The position numbers were made by a program, and so were the translations under genes. The notes under the pieces were generated by a model. That model had not been told where the DNA came from. It searched no databases and was given only the letters and a program-made list of their open reading frames with translations. A stretch of 64,000 bases of DNA from Octopus vulgaris (lineage: Eukaryota): NCBI GenBank assembly GCA_951406725.2, contig OX597824.1, positions 44,330,001 through 44,394,000 of the forward strand, in the 5' to 3' direction. Positions within the stretch are counted from its first letter, which is position 1. Each line of letters begins with the position of its first letter. Positions 24,571 through 37,807 of this stretch are shown here, piece after piece.

Positions 24571-24586
24571 AATAATAACAATAATA

Positions 24587-25136
24587 CCTGATGCAATACC
24601 AAGCAGTAGCTCTCGTGGTTTCTGATCTGAACTGACTGGAAGTGTTAATATGTACATTTCGTTTCAGTGTAAAAGACAGGCAATAACAAATATTCTGCCC
24701 AATACCACAGATTTGCTTGTCAGTTGTTTGACCTTAACCAGTTGAGCATGTTCCTTAGTGGCTAATGATATGTGCATCTTTGGTCATGAGCAGGAGTAGT
24801 AGGGGAGTATTGTAACCATGTGCTGAGAGGAATTTTTTGGAGTTTGAATAATTCACCTCTGGAAACATAGGTGTTTCGTTTGTCATCCTTGAACAACCCT
24901 TATTCAGAGACCTTTTGAGCAGGATGGGCTAATTGACCTGATGAAAATTCTAAGTGGGGCCCTTCTGCAAGGTCATGTACTATTTATCTTCATATGGGAT
25001 CACTATGTTGCACACATATGGTTGTGATGCCTGTACTTGGTGTACCCTTATCAAGCAGGTAATCATGATGAGTAAACTGGGTTTCATATATTTTATCCCA
25101 GTGTCACTTTGATGGCATGCAATACTCTCTCATTCA
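24587..25136. mobile_element. ~550-bp non-coding element in (AAT)n, copy 1
   Basis: Alignable with 25454-25956. Both are bounded by AAT runs. Confidence 0.7.
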
Positions 25137-25152
25137 ATAATGATAATAATAA

Positions 25153-25367
25153 TCCTTTCTACTAAAAGTACAAGGTCTGAAATTTTGTGAGAGGGGACTA
25201 GTCAATTACATTGACCCTGGTGTTTCACTGGTACTTAATTTATTCACCCTGAAAAGATGAAAGGCAAAGTCAACCGTGGCAGAATTTGAACTCAGAACAT
25301 AAAGAAGAACGAAATGCCGCTAAGCACTTTGCCTGGAGTGCTAATGATTCTGCCAGCTTACTGCCTT
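25153..25367 (-). mobile_element. SINE family A
   Basis: Family core present. Confidence 0.75.
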
Positions 25368-25371
25368 AATA

Positions 25372-25409
<38 letters not shown>

Positions 25410-25453
25410 GAAGAAGAAGAAGAACAACAACAACAACAACAATAATAATAATA

Positions 25454-25956
25454 CCCTGATGCAATGGAAGTATTAACATGTACATGTTTTGTCTTAGTGT
25501 AAAAGATGGGCCACAACAAATATTCTGCTCAATACCACGGATTTGCATATCAGTTGTTTGAACTTAACCAGTTGAGCATGTCTTTCAGTGGCTTGTGATA
25601 TGTGCATCTCTGATCATGAGCAGGAGTAGTGGGGGAGCATTGTAGCCATGTGTTGAGAGGAATTCTTTGGAGTTTAAATAATTCACCTCTGGAAACATGG
25701 TTGTTTCATTCATCATCCTTAAACAATCCTTATTCAAGGAATTTACAAGCAAAGTGGGCCACTCAACCTGAAGAAAATTCCAACTGGCAAGGTCAAGTGC
25801 TGTTTATCTTAATATGAGGCCACCATGTCTTGCACAATGGTTGTCATACATGTACGTAGTGTATCCTTATTTGACAGGTGGTCATAATGGGTATATTGGG
25901 CTTTGTATATTCATACCCCAGCATCACTTTGATGGACTGCGCCACTCTGCCACTGA
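25454..25956. mobile_element. ~500-bp non-coding element in (AAT)n, copy 2
   Basis: Paralogue of 24587-25136 with a deletion near its start. Confidence 0.7.
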
Positions 25957-26260
25957 ATAGTAATAATAATAGTATTTTTTCTAATTTTAGCATAAGGTCA
26001 GCTGTTTGAGGAGAGGGAAAGCCGATTACATCACCTTCAGTACTCAACTGGTGCTTTTGTTATTGACCTCAGTGGCATTTGAACTCAGAATACAAAGAGC
26101 CAAAGAAATGCTGCTAAGTATATTGTCTGATTTGTTAATGATACTGTCAGCTGTGTTCAATAATAATAATAATGACAAAACTAATAACACTACTACTACT
26201 CCTACTCCTCCTCCTACTACTACTACTACTGCTGCTGCTAATAATAATAATAATAATAAC

Positions 26261-26292
<32 letters not shown>

Positions 26293-26832
26293 GAAGAAGA
26301 AGAAGAAGAAGAAGAAAGAAAGAAAAAAGAACATATTCAGTTGGGAGATATAATTATACCTAATAGGCTATACAAAATAAAGGCCTAAATTCAGTATTTT
26401 ATTATACAACAAGACATTATTAGCCTGTTACACCAGAAAGACAATAATCAGGTTTAGTAAGAAAAGAAGTGGGAAAAGGAGGAGGAAGGACAGTAATTCA
26501 GCAAGAAGAAAATAGTGAATAACATCAATAACACTGAAAATGTAAAAATCTGTCTACATAACCTGTAATGAGTTGCTTGATCACCAGTCTTCTGTCTTTA
26601 CTTAGTATGTCAAGGAGCTATTCAAATTGGTGGAGCCTATATATAACACATACATACACGTGCGCGCGTGTGCACACACACACATTTTTATTATTTTTAA
26701 TTGGCAGCAAGTTATAAAAGTGACTCAAGGTCCTAGAGTTTCATTCATGACACTTTATCAAACTAAGAGCCTTGCATGAAGCTCTTGGTCCTTGCTGCCA
26801 ATTATAAAAATTATAATTTCTAAAAAAAGTCT

Positions 26833-27458
26833 ATGGCTGTGTGGTAAGAAGCTTGCTTCCCAACCACATAGCTGTGGGTTCAGTCTCACTGCGTAGCACC
26901 TAGGGCAAGTGTCTTCTGTTCTAGCCTCAGGCTGACCAAAGCCTTGAGAGGAAATTTAGTGAATGGAAACTGAAAAATGCCCATCATATATATATATATA
27001 ATCAAATTCGATGACTAGCATCCGTGCTAGTGGGGTGCAAAGAGCACCATACGAGTGTGATCATTGACAGAGCAGCTAACCATTCGAGCGTGATCATTAC
27101 CAGCATCGCCTTACTGGCACCTGTGCTGGTGGCATGTGTAAAAAGATTCGAGTGAGGTCATTGCTAGTACTGCCTGACTGGCCCCCATGCTGGTGGCACG
27201 TAAAAAGCACCCACTACACTCTCGGAGTGGTTGGCGTTAGGAAGGGCATCCAGCTGTAGAAACTCTGCCAGATCAGATTGGAGCCTGGTGCAGCCATCTG
27301 GTTCGCCAACCCTCAGTCAAAATCGTCCAACCCATGCTGATGATGATGATGATGATGATGATGATCTTTTACTTGTGTGTGTGTATATGTGCACATGTGT
27401 GTCTTTGTCTCCCACCACTGCTTGACAATCGGTGTTAGTTTGTTTATGTCCCAATAAC
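26833..27458 (+). mobile_element. SINE family B with an RTE 3'UTR/(GAT)n fragment (~27001-27365) inserted in its microsatellite
   Basis: SINE head, then (TA)n, then the RTE tail ggcgttaggaagggcatccagc...(gat)n, then the SINE body resumes. Confidence 0.75.
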
Positions 27459-27471
27459 CTACATACATACA

Positions 27472-27502
<31 letters not shown>

Positions 27503-27789
27503 GCATACATATATACATACATGAGAAATTACAATAAACACAGGCTTAATTACTTCTTAACTCGTCAACCATACTTACACAGCACTTCTGATACTTAACT
27601 TTAACAGGATGGAAAGAGTAAGTATGGAATTTTCTCTGAAGGATATCCCCCTACATAATAAGGATATTTACATGTGGCTGCTAATCCATAGGACTATTGA
27701 GTTTGTTAGGAGGATGAGGTGGATAGCTTACCATCATGAAGCTAAGATGAAGAAAAAAAGACCTAGATACATATTATAAAAATTATTAT

Positions 27790-28491
27790 AATAAGATATT
27801 CAAAAGCAGAAAAAATCTTCCACCCATTTTCATCTTGAGGAAGAGATGGAAGTCTGCAGGTGCTAAATCTGGTGAATAGGGTGAGTTTGGAATCAATACC
27901 ATGCTGTTTTTGGTGAGAAACTCATGAGTGATGGGAGCTCGGTGACAGAGTGCATTGTTGTTGTAAAGGATCCAGACGTTAGGATTGCCTGCATGGACCC
28001 ATGCAACAGACCAACAACATCAGCAATGTCATTAACTGTCCTCCAATGTTCCTCATGCAGAAGCTGATGAATTCTTGATACACAATACCACATTTCCAGG
28101 GATGATATTTGTGGAAGGCCTTTCATTGTCTTCCAGGGACTTTCTTCCACTTTTGAAGCAACTGTGCCACTTGAAACATTGTGTACGATCCATTACCTCA
28201 TCTCCATAAGTTTGCTGAGGCATGTTCAATGTCTCTGCAGCAGGCTTCCCAAGTTTAATGCAAAATTTCACGTTGGCTCTTTGTTCCAACTTCCTGTCCA
28301 TGACAAAAATTGCAGACTACAACATACATGTGATCAGAAAAACAAATTTCACAACTTTCAAAGTAAACACAATGATGAGACTCAACACACAGCCTCATAG
28401 TCACTACTAGCTCTCATTACACATGCAACTGTGTTCTGAAATCTGTTGGTGCACTACAGAACTAGTCTGGGAACTTTTTGATACCACCTCA
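27790..28491 (-). mobile_element. mariner transposon relic (N-terminal HTH region)
   Basis: MDRKLEQRANVKFCIKLGKPAAETLNM...YGDEVM.RTQCFKW..FKSGRKSLED. End gaactttttgataccacctca|TA. Left boundary uncertain. Confidence 0.8.
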
Positions 28492-28501
28492 TATATATAT
28501 C

Positions 28502-28702
28502 AAGGTGATGAGCTGACAGAACCACTAGCATGCTGGGCAAAATGGTTAGCAGTATTTCATCTGTCTTTTCATCCTGAGCTCAACTTCTGCCTTTCATCCT
28601 TTCAGGGTTGATAAAATAAGTACCCGTTGAGCACTAGGGTCAATGTAATTGACTTAGCCCCTCCCCACAAAACTGCTGGACTGTGCCAAAATTTGAAACC
28701 AA
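28502..28702 (+). mobile_element. SINE family A
   Basis: aaggtgatgagctgacagaa...ctttcatcctttcagggttgataaaataagtac. Confidence 0.75.
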
Positions 28703-28721
28703 CATATATCAATATATATAT

Positions 28722-29240
28722 TGCGCTGGTATGGTCACATGGCGAGAATGGATGAGGATAGCTGTGTGAAAAAGTGCCACACCCTAGCGGTTGAGGGAAC
28801 CTGTGGAAGAGGTAGACTCAGGAAGACCTGGGATGAGGTGGTGAAGCACAACCTTCGAACATTACGGCTCACTGAGGCAATGACTAGTGACTGAGACCTT
28901 TGGAAATATGCTGTGTTTGAGAAGACCTGGCAAGCCAAGTGAGACCATAACCTATGGCCTATGCCAGGGGTGTAACCAGCTCACTTATGCATACCTGTTC
29001 TTCATTAGACACTAAACTCTGCTTGCAAAGACCTATTGAGGCAAGTGAAATTAAAATCGAAATCAAATTTGATAATTGGCATCCGTGCTAGTGGAGCACT
29101 AAGAGCACCATCCGAGCGTGATCATTGCTAGAGCAGCTGACTGGTTTCCGTGCAGGTGGCACATTCAAGTGTGATTGTTACCAGCGTCACCTCACTGGCA
29201 CGTGAAAAAATATTCAAGCGAGGTCATTGCCAGTGCCGCT
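28722..29240 (+). mobile_element. RTE 3' fragment
   Basis: LRWYGHMARM...VEGTCGRGRLRKTWDEVVKH followed by a partial 3'UTR. Confidence 0.85.
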
Positions 29241-29244
29241 TTTG

Positions 29245-29660
29245 TGGATAGTGGAAAAAATGATGAATAGCCTTAATTGATTTTCAGCCTTTATTGGGGT
29301 CTCATCAGAAGTGTCTACATCATTAGATCAACCCCAGAGAAACACGTACCCAACCTATTTATATACACAATAAATCTAGTCACTTCAGAGAAACTGGAGA
29401 CACTGATTTGCATACTATGTGTTTCTACAGAGAAGTCAGTTTGCACAGAATCAAGGTGTGATATAATATATGTAAACCTATGTAGTAGGCATGCAAACAT
29501 GTCAAATTTACCTACTTCTCTGCATATTGAAAAAAAAAATGACAAACGGCCTTAATCAACTTTCAGTCCTTATTGGGGTTTCATCAGGTGTTTACATCAC
29601 TTGACCAATCCTAGAGAAACAAGTAACCAATTCATTTATGAACACATCAAATCCAAGCTA
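29245..29660 (-). repeat. direct repeat (279-bp period), each unit with a hammerhead core
   Basis: Minus 29311-29271: ctt CTGATGA gaccccaataaaggct GAAA atcaat TA agg. Minus 29590-29550: CTGATGA aaccccaataaggact GAAA gttgat TA agg. Confidence 0.65.
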
Positions 29661-30905
29661 TAAACTATACAAGTAGGAAATTTGCAAGCTCTAATTACTG
29701 TTTCTCCTCATATAAGTTCTAGCTGAATTGACTATGATATGTATATATAAGCAACCAGTTGGGCAGTTCAGTGTTATTTATATAGATATCTATTGTTTGC
29801 AAGTTTTCCATGCTCTTTTGTCTATTGGAGGCCCATGCAGAGCACTCCAACATGCAGTGACTTATCATATGCAGTGCCATATGTAGGAGCCAGAAATTCC
29901 ACTCACAACAGCCATGAGTTTTGTTTCAGGCAGAGCACATCTATGACTACACTATCCAGAGATTTGGTAGCTGTTTTGAGCAAGAAGAATGATCCTACAA
30001 GATAGGTCCTTTAAGGTGGGAATCAATTTGAGCATGACACCTGTTGTTTCTCTCCACTTACCATTGCTGTTGTGTATCTATATACAGTGTTTAAGGTTAA
30101 TGACATCACTATTTTGGGTATGCTTATGTGATTTATACACTTGCAGCAACTAAATAGGATGGGTAAATTAGTTTTTAGTGGTTTTCTGGGAAATTTTAGA
30201 TATGTCTGAGTGTTGTGTGGTGGTTATACATTTAGTAGTGAAGACATGAAAACTAGAGTTTGTTATAGCAACAAGCTGTGCTTCTTACATTTTGGGTGGG
30301 GGATCTTTTATTTTGAGTATTTTTATTTTGTTGTGTTGGTTTGCATACACTATGAGATAACAAGGAGAGTGCTCATTTATTGCTGAGACATTAGGGGTCC
30401 TGTCAGCACCCGCATAATATATGACAATTTAATACATTGTTTGCAAAGTAGTGATGCTGTTTCGTTGTGTTGCCTAAATATGGCACTTGTGACTGTACAT
30501 CTACATGAAATTTCTGTTTTAAAAAATGAAATTGTAGGAACATGGGAGAAAAGAAATGAAATGAAATGGTCCAAATATGAATTGAATCTGCATTGTAGAC
30601 CTAGATTACTGGCAATTGTGTTTGAGTACCACCACCATCAACAGCAGCAACATTTTACTCAGTAGAGCACTGATGGCAATGAGAGGTACTCACAAGTAAC
30701 AAAAACAAAAACTGCAACAAAAGCAACAGCATACAAACAAAAGATTTCATGGAACTGTCACTGGATTTATGGGTGGTGGAAGGAAATTACTTGATAACAA
30801 ATATAGTAATACAAAGTCATGTGTATACACACACACATGGTTACAATATCACTCCAAAGATAAGTCAGACAGGTAAAACTGAAAATAAACAGGTTACCTA
30901 GATAG

Positions 30906-30941
<36 letters not shown>

Positions 30942-31063
30942 ATGCATACATTACAAAAAATAGACAACATAAAAAGGTCCTGTTTTTTTCTTTCATTATC
31001 TTAAAGTTCCAACATTAAATAGACTACATTTGATGGTAACACACACACAAACTTACCCCTATG

Positions 31064-31115
<52 letters not shown>

Positions 31116-34100
31116 TACATAACCTTCGATGGTGGAGGGCAGTATGTCATGCTAGATAAACAATTGAGGACTATTATTTAAGTTTTATTTATAGGCTATG
31201 TAATGGAATAAACAGATTGCATTAATAAACAGATAATGTAAAACAGATAGGAACACAGATGTATGCACATACATGAATATATACACATGTACAAATATAC
31301 AAATGCATGTACTCACAAACACAAAATACACAAAAGCAGCTATAACCACACAGGTTGTTTAAAACTAAGACATTAAGTTGAAAGTCATTGTTCCAACGAT
31401 TTACAAGCATGACACACTGAAAAGATATCAGTATAGTCAGGACTTCCACCGTGGCTTACTGCTGGAACACTGCATGAAATATGAAGTATAAGTTCAATAT
31501 TATACCAAATACATAAAATAGGGCAACTTGTTGTTTTAACCTCAAGTTAATCCTGATTGAATGCTTGATAAAAACTATTACAGGTCTGATTAAAAGTAAT
31601 CACATGCATTCCAGCCGTGACCGTCCTGTCTTATTTCAGCCTAATAAATTGAAGAGTACATTATGTAAAATATCCTTCCCTTTTTTTAAGATGGGTGTAT
31701 TTGAGGAAAATTTGTCAGCTATTTCTAGATGGTCTAGCAATCAAAAACAAATTTCCTTTATTTATGTTTTTACTAGTAAGACTGAAGAGGTGGGAAGGGG
31801 TAGGGACGGTGGTAGCACCACTGACCTTTGCATGACCTCCTAGACTAGTGTGATGTTAAGTTTGAGCATCTGTAGTTTGATATCTGTCAAAAAATGTTGT
31901 ACCAGATGTGATGCATCTGTAAGGAGAAATGATTGGGCAAATATTTAGAACAATATCTGGTGGTGGTGAGACACAGCAAGGGGAGGAGGAGATAAATAAA
32001 GGAAGAGAGGGAGACAACCTGTTAACTGGGCTTGTCTGAAATGGCTATGAAGTTAGTTGGATCAAACTGCTCAAAATGCAGGAAACCAAAAAGATGGAAA
32101 AAGTCTTATAATTAAAGGATGCAAGCATGTTATATCTGATAGTACATAAACTCATTCCCACATGCATGATTAATTTTACAAAATGTAAATGAAAAAGCAT
32201 TACATCTGAATGCCAGCTGATAATTGTGGTAATTATGACTATCCTACAGTAAGGTACATTTTATTTGTTATATGTTTTAGCTTGAGACTTAGTCAATGTA
32301 AATGGATTCTACATTGGTCTCAATGATAAGTATTTAAGTTATTAGATCAATTGAATGCCTTACCCATTAAGTTATAGGTGTAAATAACTGAGTAGTCCAT
32401 ATACAGAACTGTATGGCCCTTTGAATTGTAAATATTGTCTACCCAATTTCACTCAAAAGGTTTAATTTGAGTAAAAACTATGAAGAACTTGCCAAAGAGA
32501 CCCCCACAGAGAATCAAATGAAGTCATTTCATGTCTGTGGAAAAAGCTTTTTAACCACCTGGCCATACTTGCACACCGAGTCAGTACAAAACGGATACAA
32601 AACATTTGCCAACTCTTTGGTTAGGCCAGTAGTCAAATTGCCCATCAATTTAGTCATTGCAGCTTGTTAAAATTCACATAATTTCAATTATATAGCAACT
32701 GATTATCAAGAATATTTTATATATTTAATAATCTTCAAGTATGTGTTGTATTTTCATTGAAAATGATTCTTTGTATTCTAGAGCTGGTTGGAATAGTTCT
32801 AACCATATAAACATAATTTTAACATTTCTTTCTTTATTCTCTTAAAAATATTCTATTATCTCAATAAACAGTCTTAGATCAACTTTTCAGCAATATTTGG
32901 GAAGTGAGTTAGCTGTTTAACTGGAATCAGAAGGTTTCAACATTTGATAGCTCTATCAAACATCAGGCAATTCACAAACTGGTTAGAATGACAAGAAAGA
33001 ACATTTTCAATATACTTTTCTTGCCAAACTATCTTGAAAAACAAGTTGATGTTTGCTGAACACATTGCAATCCTAACAACAGAAACGTTTTATTGTAACT
33101 TCAGTATGCTTGTCAGACTTATACATCACAAATAGAAAACAAAATTCTGTTGAATATTCATTATGCAAAAGTAATGTTAGATCATTTCTGTATTCAATAA
33201 CTTTGGTAATACCATCAGTATTTCACCTCTCTAAAAAACAAAAAAAAAGCAGATAAATATGTGTGATTTTTTTATTTGTCATTCAGCTGAATCTAAAATC
33301 TGCCTTCACAAAATATCCCTTCAAAAATAACTATTTTTGGCCTCAGTATGCATTCTGATTTCTGAACTAAAATAGATAGGTATTCATGACCTCATTGCAT
33401 ATCTTGGCTAATTAGACCAGAAGATAATACCTCCACCCACTAGCGCAATAAAAAAAGTGATGGATCCTGTTTTGAAATGCAGTGCTGTGATGTATAAAAC
33501 TTACATACAAAATACAGGAGTTTTCAATTACAGTATACCATTTTCTGATCAATGTTGAATGAACAAAAAGTAAATGTATTTCACATAATAAAATATATAT
33601 ACATAAAACACTGTAATTAACTAATGGCAACTTCATGAGCAAATTATGTTACTACTATGAGTGGACTTATATGTGTAAACAATACATATATAAGGTATGA
33701 CATTAAACTGCTATCTTGTTAGGATTCAGTTTGGGAGTTCTGAAGCTGTGGGGAGCATAAAGTTACCCCTTAATTACCATTACTCCCAGGTCCATTCTGA
33801 CCCAGAATGGAAGTGACTGTCAGGGTCCCATCTATGGGTTAATTAGATTTTTCAAGGGTAGAGGAAGCTCCTGTTATTTTTGACAAAGTCATAGAAAAGG
33901 CAGCTCTTCATAAAATTTTCTGTCAAAATAGTACCAGTTATCTTGCAATACTTATCACTGAAACCTACTATAATAACAACTGAGAGTGTCAAAAGTCATG
34001 TACAAGCTTTCTCACTTAAATCGAATGACATACAGATGTCTCACTATAATATAAAATGGCTAGCATCTGATCAAATGAGGCAATCATCATCATCAAACAG

Positions 34101-34339
34101 TACATAATAATGCTTCTAAAACATGAGCTAGAGGGGCATTGTAGGTTTTTTTTCATGGATGAAAGAAACACTGGTATTCTACTGAACCTTCTCATCCAAC
34201 TTACGTCTTTGGTAAAGTAAAATCTTACCAAAGTAGGCTCTTTGGTAAAGTAAAATCTTACCAAAGTAGGCTCTTACATTAATATGTTAGAATAAGGATG
34301 CTCCATCTTGCATGAATTAAAACTCCAAATCTTCAAAGT

Positions 34340-35135
34340 CCTCTTAAATACTTGACTTGACAGATTGTCACAGATAGTTTATAGTTCAAGCAAATAGGAC
34401 CAGTCATTGTACTGTCAAAATAGAATGGTGCAGTTAAGCCTTTTGATGGTAAACCACACCATACTATAACTATTAGTAAATTAGCATGATGTCTCTCCAT
34501 GATATACAAATTCTCAGGTTTCCAGTAGGTTCAATTGTAACAATTGAGCCATTTAATTTAAATGTCTCATCACTCAAAACAATCTTTGTTGGAAAGAATA
34601 CATCTTCTATACATCTTGTCAAGTACCACTCAGAAAATTCCACTCTTTCATCTGGATTATCTTCATTGAGAGCATGAACTATTTCTGGAATGTAACTTTT
34701 CCAAAGGTAGCACATCAAAATGTGATGAATGCTTGATTTTGAAATGTATATCTCCCAACTTGTTTGCAGCACAGATGTTCTTAAAATCTAGCTATAAGGT
34801 TCTAATATATTTTCTTGTTTTGTGGGGCTTGTCAATGTCCACTGTCTTCAGAAACATTTCTTGTGGACATTCTTCACAGTTGCATCTGCTTTGAACTTAT
34901 CTCTAGTTTGAGTGATGGCAGGTCATATTCATGGAACTGTTTTGAAACTCCCTCCTAAACAATCTTTGCACTTCAACTACATTTTCAAACTTCTAGTAGC
35001 ACTTTGGAACAAATTTCCTTTATTTAAAAGCTTGGTCTGACATCCTTCATTATTTCTGACTGGGTTAAATCTAAAAAGAAATGTATATAATGTGAGTTAT
35101 CAGGTGTTAAAGAGTATATACAAATCTGGGGGACA
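34340..35135 (-). mobile_element. degraded Tc1/mariner-superfamily transposase
   Basis: [10 protein letters not shown]...[26 protein letters not shown]...[13 protein letters not shown] (first catalytic D). Confidence 0.7.
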
Positions 35136-36341
35136 AAAATGTGTGCGTGTGTGTGTCCTTACATGTATGTATGCATATGTGTACACACACACACACACAT
35201 ATGCTAACACATGACAAGCTCCTTTCAATTTCTATTTACTAAATCTACTTACAAGGTATTGGTTTATCCAGGGTTATAGTAGAAGAGACTTACCCAAGGG
35301 GTCATGCAATGAACCAGAACTTGAAACCATGTGAATGGGAAGCAAACTTCTTAACTACATCCTGGTGCCTGTACTTATACAAAGTTACTTATACTTTGAT
35401 AAAACTTATCACTCCCACTTTGACAGAAATTTCCCCCAAAACTTCTGGACATATCAAAGTACAGTGGACAGTCATTTGAAATAGAATGTACACAGATTAT
35501 CACAGCATAGTATCTCAGATTATAAAACATTACATGAGAAAATACTGAATGTGATCATAAAACCATATTGAAGCTTTGCATATCTGATCTATTGCATTGA
35601 TGAAATACTTTCAAATATTTAGAAGTATGTGTGTACTGTGTGACTTCTCAGTGTAGAACTGTTCAACAAGTATGATGGCATAGTTTAAATAGGTATGTAG
35701 AATTCATTACCTTTTTTTAGTTACCTGAAAGAAAGTTGAAATAAATAAATGAAGATTAAAACTAAAAATAAAAAATTGTAAAAGTGGGAAAAAGATAATT
35801 CTGAGGAATGTCATTGTGAGTTTTATCTTATGGAAGATAAAATTATGGGAAATTAAACCTAAAACTATGACAATGGAATAATAAATTCCTTATCTATTTC
35901 ATGCTGTTAATCACAGATCTGGTTTTTTTCATACTCATTTCCATTTTTATACCACAAGTGATTTCTATGATTAAATTTGAGTGAGAATTAAGTCCAGCAA
36001 AATATAAATACAGTTACAAATAAAAAAATGCAAATTGTTTTTTTTATTTTTTATTAATGGTTCATTTTTAATGACATGTCTCATTTTTTTTTTAATGATA
36101 TGTTTACAAGTATATCTTAAGGATATATGATATCAGAATTTGAATTTATTAACCCATCTACAGCTATACCTATTTTAACACTTTCGTTAATTAGATGGTG
36201 TTAATGAATCAAATATTTCATAATGTATAAGATATCTCTAATCTTGTCTTGATATTGTTCAGTTCTCTACCCCATCTCTTCCTCTCTTCTTTTCTATTTT
36301 TCTTCTTTATACACAAAAACACAGATGACACACACACACAC

Positions 36342-36540
36342 CATTGTGACCGCGTGTGTACCATTGGTGATTTTTTTCCTCTGTCTTCCCTTCTCTGGAT
36401 CTTTCCTTCTCCTATGTTTCCGACGAAGAGCTCCGCTTGAAATGTTAAACCCTCCTTCTTTCCTGAGCATCCAATAATACTATATTTGTTCCATGTCCTC
36501 GCGTTGTTGTGTTTTTTTGTGCTTTCTTGTTTGGATTAAC
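36342..36540 (+). mobile_element. short Penelope-type repeat with minimal hammerhead (36416-36450)
   Basis: gttt CCGACGA agagctccgctt GAAA tg TT aaac. The element ends in (TA)n. Confidence 0.55.
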
Positions 36541-37140
36541 TATATATATATATATAGTTACGACCGCTGGTCAAAATCAGCCTTTTGGCCTTCGACCAGC
36601 GCCGTGAGAACATCTGTTGTCTTCGTCTGCCGATAAAGGCATTTTTTCAAAATACGCCAGCTAAACTTGTTGTACTGTTTATTAGTCATAAGACACCCGC
36701 TGTTTTTACCATTATTGTTTTTTGTATTTTATATTTGTGTGGCATCGTCTGTTTTTCTGTCCCTGTTTCGTATACATTCGATCCTTCTTCCAAGAAATCT
36801 AATGCTCGTAGATTAGTTTTTCTTTGGGGCTGGCCGGATCGGAGCGATCTCAAGATTAATCAGCCGAAATTGCTACGATGATCTGGTTCTTGCCTGAAGA
36901 TTGAAGGCTTCGAATGTCCCGTCCGTGTTTTTTGTATCGTCTTCTAAATGTTTTACGTTCTTGTCCCAGTTTGTATTTTTCTACATAAAATAATATATAT
37001 ATATATATATTGATAAAATACAAATAGAGGTTATAATAGCCTCATGAAGGGATAGTATCATCCAAGGAAATACTGTTTCAATACCTAATATTTTGGTGGG
37101 AGGTTACTATCCATAAAATAGTAGGTTTATAGACATGCAA

Positions 37141-37541
37141 ATGAATGATAAAAAAAAAAGAGATACTGGAGGAGTCAATAACAGTTTATTATCAGCAAAA
37201 AATCAATTGTTATCCCTTACAGCTGTTTTGATTAAGCTTAGTGAAACTAAATAAGTATTAAAATCATATTTCTTAGCTTAATCTCTTCAGAGGGAGAAAG
37301 AATATACCCTTAGATATTCTATGTGTTAGTTATTTGAATTATCACGGCTGTGAAGATTCAGATAACCAACACATAAGGGTATATTCTTTTTCCCTCTGAA
37401 GAGATTAAGCTCAGAAATATGTTTTTAATACTTATTTAATTTCACTAAGCTTAATCAAAACATCTGTAAGGGATGATGATCAATTTTTTGATAGTAATAA
37501 ACTCTTATTAACTTCAATATCACCATTTTCTTATTATTCAT
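37141..37541. repeat. foldback element with a hammerhead motif in each arm
   Basis: Plus 37391-37473: tccct CTGAAGA gattaagct...agcttaatc AAAA catctg TA aggga. The mirror copy at 37213-37295 has cagctg. Confidence 0.72.
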
Positions 37542-37807
37542 ATATATATGTATATCTTAATATACATATTTTTTTACTTGTTTCAGTCATTTGACTGTGC
37601 CCATGGTGGGCACCACCTTAAAAGGTTTTAGTCAAGCAAACTGACCCCAAGACTTATTTTTTAAGCCTAATACTTATTCTATTGGACTCTTTTCCTAAAC
37701 TGCTAAGCTACAGGGACATAAAGATGGCAACACTGGCTGTCAGGCAGTGATGTGGGAAAAATACAGACACAAAGACACACACATAGATATATACATACAC
37801 ACATAAT

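Noticed and set aside
26563-26636. Minus-strand exon-like segment (tatag|GCTCC...TACAG|gttatg)
   Set aside because: Stops in all three frames, and splice signals are weak.
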